Below, one piece after another: positions 36,627-48,632 of a DNA stretch of 64,000 nt. Source of the DNA: Felis catus (taxonomy: Eukaryota); NCBI RefSeq assembly GCF_018350175.1, contig NC_058368.1, positions 24,554,001 through 24,618,000 on the forward strand, in the 5' to 3' direction. A program made the position numbers and the translations under genes. The notes below the pieces were generated by a model. That model had not been told where the DNA came from, did not search any database, and saw only the letters and a list, made by a program, of their open reading frames with translations. Every line of letters starts with the position of its first letter. Within the stretch, counting starts at the first letter, position 1.

Positions 36627-38811
36627 ATTGGCTAGTAGGAGCAAACTAATCAGTTTCGTCAACAAATCAAAACATTCAGAATTAAAAAAAAAAAAAAAAT
36701 TCCTCTTGTGCTTAGAAAAGATCCCAGGCTCTTCCACATTTAAAACCCAACTCTTTTATTCCTGCCTGAAAAATAGAGCCATGGACACGCTTATAAAACT
36801 CAAACTTATTAAGAACAGCAGATAGATTTGAGCAGGGCTCTTTGGCCTATACTTCTCAGAAAACCACCAAGAATTCTCTTTTGGTGGGAACTCAAAGCGT
36901 TTGCTGAAGAGACGGTCACAGTCACCCAGGTTTGTCCCTCACAGTCCTGACTGTCCCCTCCAACCATAGCTAATTAGGTAAAAGGGGCTGACACAAGATC
37001 CAGTCAGCCCCAAGCAGGGGAGTTCCCTGTCAGACTCTCCTGAAAATTTAAGCAAAACACACAAAGACCACAGTCACAACAGCAGTCCTTGACAGCCAGA
37101 GCCAGGACTTACTCACATCCTTTTACCCTGATATCCTCCAACCTCTCGGCCTCAGGTTCCTCTTTCTTAAGAAAGGAGCAAGAATATTCCCTGCTTAATA
37201 CCACCCTTTTTGTTACTCCTTCCACATGATCTCATACTTAAGTATTCTCTTTGTACTATGTCAGTAAGTATTTATTCAGTAAATGCTTATCTGGAAATGA
37301 CCAGAGTGTGTTGTATTCATTCATTTGTGAGTACATCAAGGACAGAGCTCAGGCCTTTTTTTCTCTAGAAGATTCAAGAAATAACGTTGTCTGAGACGTT
37401 TGTGTATTCTAAGGCAACCAATGACACCAACATGAATTTCTCTAAAGATAATAATACTATCTCGGACATGTTTAGGAGATTCTTCTAGCATTCCAAAACA
37501 CTAATCTGAACCAGTTGGTCAGTGACAAAGTGAACCTAGCAAAATGAGAAAAATTAGGACAATGCACCAGGTTTTTCATAAAGCTGAATGCATTTGATTT
37601 CAAACATCAAACGTAAATGTTGGATGGCGTGTGCACATGTGGGATGGTGCCTTTCTTATTTTTTTCAAACAACGCTAATGATGAATTCTAGGCAAATAAG
37701 TTTATTCTTACTTGGGGAAAAAAATGGTAGGCGACTAGAGTCAGCTTTCAGATTAAGTTTTTTTAAAGTTACTTACTGTGAAATCAAAGCACCTACAAAC
37801 TACTTCCAGAATTTATCATAAGTCTGAAAAGAGGATATTGCCTGCCTTTGGATTTTGAAATATTTCACAGCTGCCTATTGTCTGGATCCAGCTTTTTTGC
37901 CCTCTTCACTCCAACCCGCTAACACAAATCCTCAATCCCCTCATAGGGGCTCATTCTTACTTCTCACAGAGAAAAACAGCAGCAGCCACGACCGTGTGGC
38001 CAGACCCCACCCTGCCTCTTTCTCCCGTTTTCTCCCAGACTAAAGCAGAGCCCCGGCTCCTAGACCAGGGAGATTTTATTTCCATTCTCCTTTCCACTGC
38101 AGTTCCTATTAAATAAAAAAAAAAAACACAAAATCTGGGCCATCAAGATAAGATTCTCAAAGAGGCTGCCTTCTAGAACATTCCCTGAATGCCAACAGAG
38201 GAGTTATCCGGGAATGAACGAATTAATAGGCTTTAATCTTTGTTCCGTTTTCATAAATATAATTATTTCATTTCATAAAAATGCCAATTTTGTGTGATTT
38301 TTTTAAATTACTTTTAAGCAATATGTTATAAATTACGTACATGAAATATCATAACCAACAGTGTGGCAAGAAGACAATATTCTGACCTAGAACTTCAGAG
38401 AGATTAATGGCATTTTGAAAGAGCCTGTGTGGGAAAGAAAGCTTGGACCACCCAGGGTGTGAAGCTGATAGTGAGGAAAAGAGTTTTTTAGGCTTAATTA
38501 CGTTGATATCGAGGGGGGGGGGGGAAATGTCAGTGACCAATAACTGACCCTCAGGTCCTGTCAGAAGTTTCTCAAGAGGGGACCAGAGGAAGAGCCACTG
38601 GAAAATAAGGATTGAAGACAACCAGCTATATTTTGATAAGTGTATTTTTGAGTAACTGGTCTTTTGAAGATGTGAATGTAAATATTTGATTATAGATACT
38701 ATTAGATAATATGTTCACTGTGCTTGGTGCCCCTAAATATTTCACCCATGTATTAAACTGGGTGTTATTGGTTTATAATATAATGGCATATTATGTTATT
38801 AGCGTGTAATA

Positions 38812-39217
38812 CAGTGGTCTCCCCTTATGTACAGTTTTGCTTTCTGTGGTCTCAGTTACGTGTGGTCAACCACGGTGTGGAAGTGGATAGTCCTCCAGAC
38901 ATATCATCGGAAGGTCAATAGCAGCCTCACTAACCCTACGTCACAATGCCTTTGTCATTCAGCTTACCTTGTGTCATCACATCGGCATTTTATCATCTCA
39001 CAGCAATATTGGTATAATTGTTTTATTTTAGTAACGGTTATGGTTGTTAATCTCTTACCATGCCTAATTTATAAGTTAAACTTTATCATAGCTATGTGCG
39101 TATAGGAAAAAAAACAGTATAGGGTTTGGTGCTATCTGTGATTTCAGAGATCCACTGCAGGCGGGGGGGGGGGTGGTGTTTGAATGTACCCCCCTGTGGA
39201 TAAAGGGGGGACTACTA
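38812..39217 (+). mobile_element. MER44-like (TcMar-Tigger) non-autonomous DNA transposon
   Basis: TIRs cagtggtctccccttat ... ggataaagggggactacta, flanked by TA on both sides. Confidence 0.8.
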
Positions 39218-42200
39218 TATAATGAATACATGAAACATTTCTGGGAACCAATTACTTGTTTATAAATAAATTGCTTCACTTGCTTGGATAAACTGAAGCA
39301 GCATTTTTGTCCAGTATGTGTTCCTCTGAACCAAAGTTCTTTAGGCTGTTAATAGGCATCGTGCATAAAGGGTTTCATTGCCAGGTAAGTTTAGGTTAAT
39401 AGAAAATTTTAGAGGCTATTTCACTCTAGGACCTCTCAGAGTCTTTGATGGGCTAAAGTGCATCGTGGACGTGCAAGAAAGAGAAATGCTTTATATCCAG
39501 CTTTTCTCATATATTTTTATTTGACTGCTAAACCTCTTCCTACAAGACTGTCATCCTTGGTCCACACATTGTGAAACTCTAGATTGGGATAATCTCTCTC
39601 CGGATGGTATCTATAATGCATCACCGTTAAACAGATCAAAATTTACCTCCAAGTCAATATTTAAAATGATGCCAAACATCACGAATGTAGCACCTCCTCA
39701 GCAAATGCCATTCCAGGCCTGCTGTTCATTAGGTGGGTTTTAAAAGAACAAAAGAACGTCTTCCTATTTGTACTTAAGGTACTGCGCATCTAACGACAAC
39801 AGTAATTTCTATGTTCCCCAAAGGCAGTTTTTAAGACTCTTGATGTCATTACAGGGATATTTTCCAAAGGCAGGGCTGTCATTACTGTCTAGTCAGTTGC
39901 AGAACTAGAGAGTGTCTCCCAGAGGAGCTGTTCTCCCTGGATTTAGCAGGAAATGCACTCTGGCTATAAAGGCATTAAGCTTTCTGCACCCAGATGTTAT
40001 CGCTGTTCATGTGCGCAGGATTTAAAGGGTAGATGTGGAGAATCTCAAGGTCTTTCTCCAATCATTCCAGGGCATCATTAGAAGAGGGGGTCAACCTGGG
40101 CTTAGGAATCAGGCCCGGCAAGGAAGCGACAGCTCAGAAGCAAAGTAACATGGTCATTTCATTCTTACTTCCTGGCAAATCAGGTGAACAGATAACTCAC
40201 CATGGTTCAGATGCAAAACCAGTTAGAACTGTCTCCAATTTCGGGTTGATACAAAAACAGCAGAGTCAAAATTAGTGGGGTTGGGACTGGAGGACTGACC
40301 AGGAAGGACTACTGGAACGCCTCACAGAGGTCACAGGGGAGGGCGTGATTTGCAGGTCTATCACAGCCCCCCCCCCCCCCGAAGCCCCAGACAATCTAGT
40401 GAGGGCGAGGACAGTCTCAGATTCATGCGGGTTGAGGGAAATCACAAACCGGTGTCTGGGAGTGTGTATGGTAGAGCCCAACCCTGGGACAAACGTCCAG
40501 TAGGTAAATAGGGCCCCAGCCCAGGTGGCTGGGATAAAGGACAGCCCCAGTCAGAGTGGTGAGCTGTAGTCCAATCAGGAAGCACTTGTATGGCACCGAA
40601 TATCTCTGCCAGGATATATAAGAAACTGCTAACAGTGATCGCTTCTGGGAAAGAAAACTAAGAGAATGGGCTGGGAGAGAGATGTTTCTTTCCCACGGTA
40701 TTTTTTCTTTTCCAGTTAAATGTTTTATTAGTGCCTCTGTAACTCTTTCTAAGCAGCGGATTAGTTACATTTTTTAAATACCAATTGAGGAGATTGAGTT
40801 TGGATCAAAAGTGCTTGAGGAACTGCTGGAGAGTCCTGAGGAAGATGTAAGTGATAACATGCCCTGCGGGATAGACCAGAAGTGCCAGTGAGGCACAGGG
40901 CATGCGGAAGACTGGGTGGAAGAGAAATGCGGGGAAGGAAGAGCGAACAGAGCCTCCGTGTCTAGCCGAGGTTAGCCCAGCAGCTTCTAACCACCATCAG
41001 CGCTGGGCGCTGGACGTCGGTGGTGGAAGGCACTCCTCTCCCTCGGTTATATCAAATGCCAGAGACAAAGAGACGGGAACACGGAAAGCCGTCTTCGAGA
41101 AAGCACTTCCAGGATAGCTTGTGAACGTCCAGACGGCAGAGGTAAGAAAGCAAAGGGAGTAGATACAGTAGATAGAAGCGACTTACCCTAGGATTTGGAG
41201 ATTTCAGGGAGGAAAAAAGATGAAAAGGTGACTAAACAGGCAAAGAGAGCAGAGCAAAGTGTTTCAATGTTTAAGATAGGGAAGATCTGAGAAAACTTGA
41301 GAGTACAGGACAAAGCCGGCAAGGAGGGGAAGACTAGAGGGCCCCGCGGGAGGAAGTAGGGCAGGGGGGGTGGTGGTGTAACATCCAGGAAAAGGGAGGA
41401 GATGGGAAGCATGGAATCCAGGATGGCTAGAAGGACTCAGAGGCCTCCTTTGAGTCTGGAGTGAAAAAGTCAGGAGACCGAAGTGAAAACACTAATAATG
41501 CACCTTAGGGATTAGATGCAAAGGGTCAAAAATCGAAATATATATGATCTGCTGAGAGCAGAACTGGAGGTTGAAGGTGGGTGGGGGAGATTTATGAGCC
41601 ATATTTCCAAATCATAAGCCAAAGAACAGGCACCCCGTTGTAATCAGAAATATTTGATCTTTGGTTTTCAGCCCTAACTAGCACATTAACCTCTCACTGA
41701 AATCTTGATACTCCCCACAAGTGATGGTTTTCCTCCTGGGGGTGTCCATTTGCTTCTAATCCTTCTATGGATTGCAAAACTCCAACATGTCTTAAAACAT
41801 GGAGCTTGATGCTGAAGATGGAAAAATGAACTAGCTCCCAATAACAGACCGGTTGTCTCTCATAATGTCTCTGCAGACAGAGGCCCACCAGGGAGTTCGT
41901 ACGTGGTGTGTTATGTTCTCAGCTAGGGGGTCCTCAGGAATGCAGTCCAACTTCCCTATTCTACAGATCGGGACACTGAAATAAGTATATGAAGGTGAAG
42001 TACCCAGTGTTATGCAGCTGGCCGGTGCAGAATGTGGGCTAGACCCCAGGTCATTTCCTGTCCATTGCGTTCTCCCTGTCCCGCCTGAGGCTACGCTGCT
42101 ACCTGCCGTGTTTGGACATCTGCTCTTGTCCTTCTATCGGTGGGGTTCATTTGCTTTTTGCCTGAATAGGACTTTATGAAAGGGGAGTCATCTAGGGTGC

Positions 42201-45134
42201 TAGCCCGCAGGACGGGTGCTGGGTAAGGGCTTTCATGGGAGCTAGTCCGAGGGACCTGAGATGGACTAGCTACTTGTCTCTGAAACGTGACAGGCAGTGT
42301 GCCTTCAGCTAGCTGAGGACTGATGTAAGTCCCCAAGGGCCAGGCAAAATACAAGGCCATGTGTTACCTGACGTCCACATCATGCGGTGACCCTTCAGGA
42401 TACTTTTTGCCATGATTAGAAAGGCTGGGTTTCCCTGGCCTTTATACCAGTGCCCACAAAGCATTTCGGGTATTTCAGATCCTTTGAGGTTCTTTGACAA
42501 GAGAGGCACCCTCTTGCCACAAAAATAAACATTAACTCCTACACGCACCATTTTGTATACAATTCAAAGGTATTAGAGTTACTCTGAACCTTCTAGGGCT
42601 GGTCAAGCATCATCTAATCAACTCTGATTCTGAATAAACCTTCCTTACTGATAAATAAATATACATATCAAGAAAAATAGTTTGTTCCACAAGACTATCT
42701 TGGAAAATATTCTGTTGTAAAAAAAAGAAAAGAAAAGATTCTGGTTTTTTTAGATATAGCAAGTTTTTCTCCCCCTGAACCCCTGGTATCTCCTTTGGGC
42801 ACAGAGGGAATTGTGTGACATTGGAACTGTCTTCCAGTACAGAAGTAGAGGTGGAGGGTAGTTGAGGTGATGCTGGTGACAAGGATTCATCCCTGCTGAC
42901 TATGGACTTAAACTCCTGTTCTGGCTTCCACAGCCTCACACCAGATTTGATCCCCGCCCAGCACTCCTAATGGCCTCCCACAGTCCAGGTTAGATAATTC
43001 ATGCGTGCTCAGGTCTTTTCCAGCATTTCTGCCATCTGGCTAATGATGGGGCACCATATGTCAACAGCAGGATACGGGCACCCGCCTATGGGTTGGGGCA
43101 CAGACCTGCCCCCATGAACAGCATGAGACTTCCCAGCGTGAGGCTCACTTCTGAATGACACAAGGAATCTCTTTTGCATGAGTCTGCAACCAGGTCACAA
43201 ATGACCGAGGTTCCTCCCACGCAGGGCTGAGCGTGTGGTAAATGACATAAACGAATTTGAGTTACCTTTAAGTCACCCGTCACCTGCCTCTTCCCTAGCA
43301 ACTTAGCGCTGTTCGAGTTGTTTCACACGTAGGCACAGATATTATCTAACAGCCTATTACTCCTGTGGGGTTAAAAATCAGGAAGCAAAGGCTTTACTAC
43401 TGAGTTCGGTGGATATATTAAGCAGATTTTTCACCCAACACTATCCCCAAGGGGTTCTAGATTACTCAGGTTATTCAGTGAATTATAACTGGAAGAGATC
43501 TGTAACCGAAGCGGGTACTTCCTGTCTTCACATATCCTTAGATGGGAAACTGGGAAGCATGTTGATTACCTTGTGCAGTTGGCACTTCTGTGTGCACACT
43601 GGGGGTGGGAATGAGGCCATCTAAAAGTCCAGACCCAGATAGTGGACAGAAGCTTCCTGATCAGCACAAATCTTTCAAGATTTGCTTGCTACTGATTAGC
43701 TTACACTGTTCTTCACTGTTTCTAATTATACGTGTCTTTCCCCATAACTGGAACCATTTGGGTCCAGATGGTTGCATTATAATAACTGTTTCTCTTTATC
43801 CTGCCTGAAAGTCCAAAGGTTCCTCTAGGCTTGAGGTTTTCTAAAAATGAGGCCAGGCTCTTATTCGCTATCCCCCCCCCCCAAACTTCCTTTTCAACTT
43901 AAAAAATAATTTGAATGCAAATGAGAGATATTAAATTCAGAGCTCTTAATAATGGACTATTTTCTTAGTCATTAACTATTGAATTAAGTAAGCAAACAAA
44001 TATGTGTTCAGCATCAATTAGCCAGCCTTGCCTAACTTCAGCAAGCTAAGAGAAAATCCCAGAGGGCTTTCATAAATGGAAGAGGTGGAATGTGTGACAG
44101 TCATATGAGCTAGTTCAGGTAATGAGGACAGTGAAAGTCTGATATTAACTTAAAATTTATTTTTGAAAGCTGTAATTTAAGTGCGCATTTGCCACCATTA
44201 ACCTTGCCCTTCATTTTTCCTTCAAATGAGTAAAACAATAAGCTTTTATAAACCACACGATTTCATAAGATCAGAGAAGTTCAGGAAACTAATGCATACT
44301 ATAGTTATTTCTTAACTTATTGTGCTAATTGGAGTTCTTGAAGGTCAAGGTCATTGAAATGCTGTGTGTCATGGAAAGAGAACTGAACTGGAAATGAGGG
44401 TGCAGCTCTATTTCTGGCAAGGTCACCTGTCAGCTGTGTTACAGTGGCCCGGTCATTTAATTTCTCTGGAACTCCGTTTCCACACGTGTTAAATGAAAAG
44501 TTTGGATGGTTCATGTCTAAGATCTTTGTTCTCTGAAATGTCATGACTCTCAAAATTACAGTTGAATCAACAATTTCATCTTTCTGTTCTACCAAGTTTT
44601 CTGACATTTCTCACCCGGAGAAAGATATATCTCTTAAGTATCCTCTGCCTCGTCAGAGGAGAATAAAACTAGAAATGGCTAATGAAGAGCCTGAGGCTGG
44701 CAGAAGAAATGAGTATCCTGAAGAATCCACAAAACACGTAAAATCTTTCATGCAATTAGGTGTGTGAAATACTGCAGGCAAATGCAATTCTAAAATTCTT
44801 AATTAGGCTCCTATTGTATATTCCCCTACTAATAGCACCTTGCTTTTAAAGTATCAGTCAGCAGAGAATCTTAATTTTGCAGAACAAGAGAAAATGTTTC
44901 AGGGGATAATGAGAAATAATGTAGCAGTAGCACTGGGGAAAGAATTCAGAGAAGGACCACCTCAACCATCAATCGCAAAAGGTGAGATTGAGGGAAAGTC
45001 CAGAGTGATCAAAATTTTCACCCTGCCTCATATGCTGATGTTGTAGATCCCTAAGGTATAAAAAGGAACCATGAGAAGGAAATAATACTGACACTTTCTG
45101 ATTCTATTGGTACACACACATGCAAAATACATTC

Positions 45135-45319
45135 TTTTTTTGTAAATGTTTATTTATTTTTAAGGGGGGAGGGGCAAAGAGAAACGGGGACGGAGGCTCT
45201 GAAGCAGGCTCCATGATGACAGCAGAGAGCCTGACGTGTGACTCAAACTCATGAACGGTGAGATCATGACCTGAGCTGAAGTCGGACGCTCATCAACTGA
45301 GAGCCACCCAGGTGCCTCC
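45135..45319 (-). mobile_element. Can-SINE
   Basis: Reverse head ends gagccacccaggtgcctcc. Confidence 0.9.
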
Positions 45320-47673
45320 AAAGTACCTTCTGTTAAAACATAATCTTGAAGGGCAAAATCATGATTGTCATACCAATAGAAAATGGAAACACATGTCAAG
45401 GTATGTATCTAACTCCTTAACTAATCATTGGACCCATAAGGTATTTCAGCTGTTTCACAGGACAATTGAAACAAATACACACTTATATGGGCAGATAAGG
45501 AATTAAGAAATGAATTTACAAACAGAAACAAAAAGCAGTCCATCCAGAGTGCAATTATCAGTTGCACTCCACCAGACGCAAGTAATTTGCAACTCTGTGG
45601 ACAAGAATCATTTGCATTATGATTAGCTTTCTGTAATTTACTGAGTTGTAAAATAGCTCTGAGACAGTGAAAGGGAAGATAACTAAGAAGCATGCGCTAG
45701 ACAGAACACTCAGGGATCCTTTTATCTTTTTTTTCCCCTTTTCAAAGTCTTTCACGATTTTCCCTGATAATTTGAGGGAATGTTACGTGGTAGAGAGTAA
45801 TGAACCCAGGATATGGCAACAGGTAGCCCAGGATTTGAATTCCTTTGTCATCTTGAGCAATATATTTGACTTCTGAGTCTCAGGTTCCTTTTCAGGAAAA
45901 TGAGAATGACAATGGCTAACTTTGAAGATTGTTATGCAGGTTAACTAAGATAAAAATACAAAGAAACTATTTCAGGGGAGGGGCCAAGATAGCAGAGCAG
46001 CATGGAAGTTTTCTGCTTCTCTTGTCCCTGAAATGCAGCTAGATCAGTACCAAACCATCTTGCGTATCTAGAAAATTGATCTGCGGATTAACATAACAAT
46101 CTGCATAACCTGACCCACAGAACTCAGTAAGTACGTGGTGCAGCAAGGTGAACTGGGGGAGAGAGAAGCTGTGGAGGGTAGGGAGCTGTTTTTGCTTGTA
46201 GAGAGAGGACAGAGACAGGGAGGAGAATACAGGAAAAACACTTCTGCTGAAAGCAGACGGAGAGAAAGAAAAAGATGGAAACCACCTATACGGGGCTGAA
46301 CAAGAAAAGGAGAAATGAGAAAGGAGAGGGTTTCAAAACCATTAAGACTCTATAAACAGGGTAGCACAGAGTCTGAAACTCCACAGCTCGATACCTGGTG
46401 GAGCTCTGTTGGGAAGAGTGAATCCCCCGGAGCAGACAGTGAGATCTGAGGTGTCCTGGGGCCACATGCAGAAAGGCAATTCCCCTGATGAGAGGACATT
46501 TGGTAGAGCTGTGTGGTCTCCCTACAGGCAAAGGTCCCAGCAGACCCCAGAGAACAGCCATGTTTGCTGATGTTGTAACAAGGACATTAGAGAACAGTGA
46601 AGCCTGGTGCCAGATGTGTGCTGTGATTTACCATAATCCCTGAAATGCTCCTGCTACGTGATCACATGAACTTTTTCTGGGGCAGGCTGGCCACCCAGCT
46701 GCAGTCTCTGGGCCTCTGCAGCAGTGCAATGGGGTGAATGTTCCCGAGGGGCTGGCCGCACCCCAGCCGTTGCTTGGGAGGCCCTCCCCTAGAGAGTCCC
46801 AGTGGATCAAAGGCACAGAGCCCTCAGAAGGGAGGGGTTTGGAAACACAGCCCCATCTGAGATAAAATTCGGCAGGGAGATGCTGCTTAGCAGGCTGACA
46901 GCTTGGTCATGGACAGTGTAGAAGCTGGGATTGGACAGAAGCCAAGACAAAAGAAGGGTGCTTGATTACTGGTTGGGGAGTGCACAGAATTCTGATGCTA
47001 AAGACTGGATAGCTGGGTGACGCCATTTTCACCTCTCCCATGCATGCGCATACATGCCTACGTGCGCCACAGTGATCTACAGTGATCCAGTAAGCTAAGC
47101 AACACCATCTAATGGAGAACAGAGCTATTACACCAAGCCCCGTCCAACTATACCAACCAAGCTCTAGAGGACCACCACAAGGCTCTCCACCTGCTTAGTT
47201 TACAGTATAGAGTGCTTCATAGTTTTACCTCTAGGGGAAACTGGATGTAATTTCATTCATATTTCATTCTGTTCTTTGGTCCATCTATTCATTTTTTTTT
47301 TCTTTTCTTATTCTTGAATACAGAAAGAGAAAACATTTATTTTTATTTTTACTTTTTATAAAAAAGATTTTTCTTTAATTTTTTTCTACCATATTTTTTT
47401 GGTAAATTTTTAACTTCTATTTTACTCTCATCATTTCATTTAATTCTACATTATTGCTTTTTTTAAAATTTTCAAGTGTTTTCCTAATTTTTTCCCCTTT
47501 TTTAAATTTTCTTTTCTTTCCCTTTTTTCTCTATTCTATCGACAGCATCTATCTTCTCTCTTCTTTCAACAACCTGACAAACACACACCTATGATCTAGC
47601 ATCCTTTCTTTGATTTTTTTGTGTTGTTTTTAATTTTTAGTTTTTAATGTTATTAATTTTTTCTTTCTCCAAA

Positions 47674-48535
47674 ATGAGAAGATGAAGGAATTCACCCCAA
47701 AAGAAAGAACAGGAAGAAATGACAGCCAGATGACAACACAGATGTAAGCAAGATGTCTGAACCAGAATTTAGAATCATGATAAAAAAAACACTAGCTGGG
47801 GCTGAAAAAAGCATAGAATTCCTTTCTGCAGTGAGAAAAGAAATAAAATCTAGTCAGAACGAAAATGTAAAATGTTATAACTGAGATCCATTTTTGAAAG
47901 GATGCCATGGCTGCAAGGATGGATGAAGCAGAGCAGCGAATCAGCGATATAGAAGACACACTTAGAGAAAAATGAAGCAGAAAAAAAGAGGAAAACTAAG
48001 GCAAAAGAGCACGATATAAGATTTAGAGAACTCAGTGACTAGTTAAAAAAGAATAATATCTGAATCACAGGAGTCCCAGAATATGAAGAGGGAGAAAAAG
48101 GGGTAGAAGGTTTATGGGAACAAATCATAGCAGAAAACTTTCCTAACCTGGGGAAAGACACAGACATCAAAATACAGGAAGCACAGAGAACTCCCATTAG
48201 ATTCAACAAAAATCAACCATCAATTAGGCATATCATACTCAAATTTACAGAACACATGAACAAGGAAAGAATTATGAAAGCAGCAAGGGAAAAAAAGTGC
48301 TTAACCTGCAAGAGAAGACAGATCAGGTTTGTGTAGACTATCCACAGAAACTTGGCAGGCCAGAAAGGAGTGACAGGATATATTTAATGCGCTGAATCGG
48401 AAAAATATGCAACCAAGAATTCTTTATCCAGCAAGGCAGTCATTAAAAATAGAAGAAGAGATAAAGAGTTTCCCAAACAAAAACTAAAGGAGTTAAACCA
48501 GCCCTGCAATAAATTTTAAGGAGGACTCTCTAAAG
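47674..48535 (+). pseudogene. L1 ORF1 remnant
   Basis: Starts atgagaagatgaaggaattcaccccaaaagaaagaacagg with an early stop; contains ORF1p-like motifs (GVPE, ENFPNLGK, IQEAQRTP, QPRILYPA). Confidence 0.85.
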
Positions 48536-48632
48536 GGAGAAAAGATGACACAAAACAAAAAAGACCAAAAATAACAAAGACTAGAAAGGACCAGAGAAGA
48601 CCACCAGAAACTTCAACTCTACAGGCAACACA

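Noticed and set aside
331..39217. Two inverted MER44-like copies as the ends of one large composite transposon
   Set aside because: Each copy has its own TIR pair and they differ in length, so they are independent ancient insertions.
46286..46816. Antisense ORFs in the L1 5'UTR as an ORF0 analogue
   Set aside because: Short, no recognisable similarity, and inside a decayed element.
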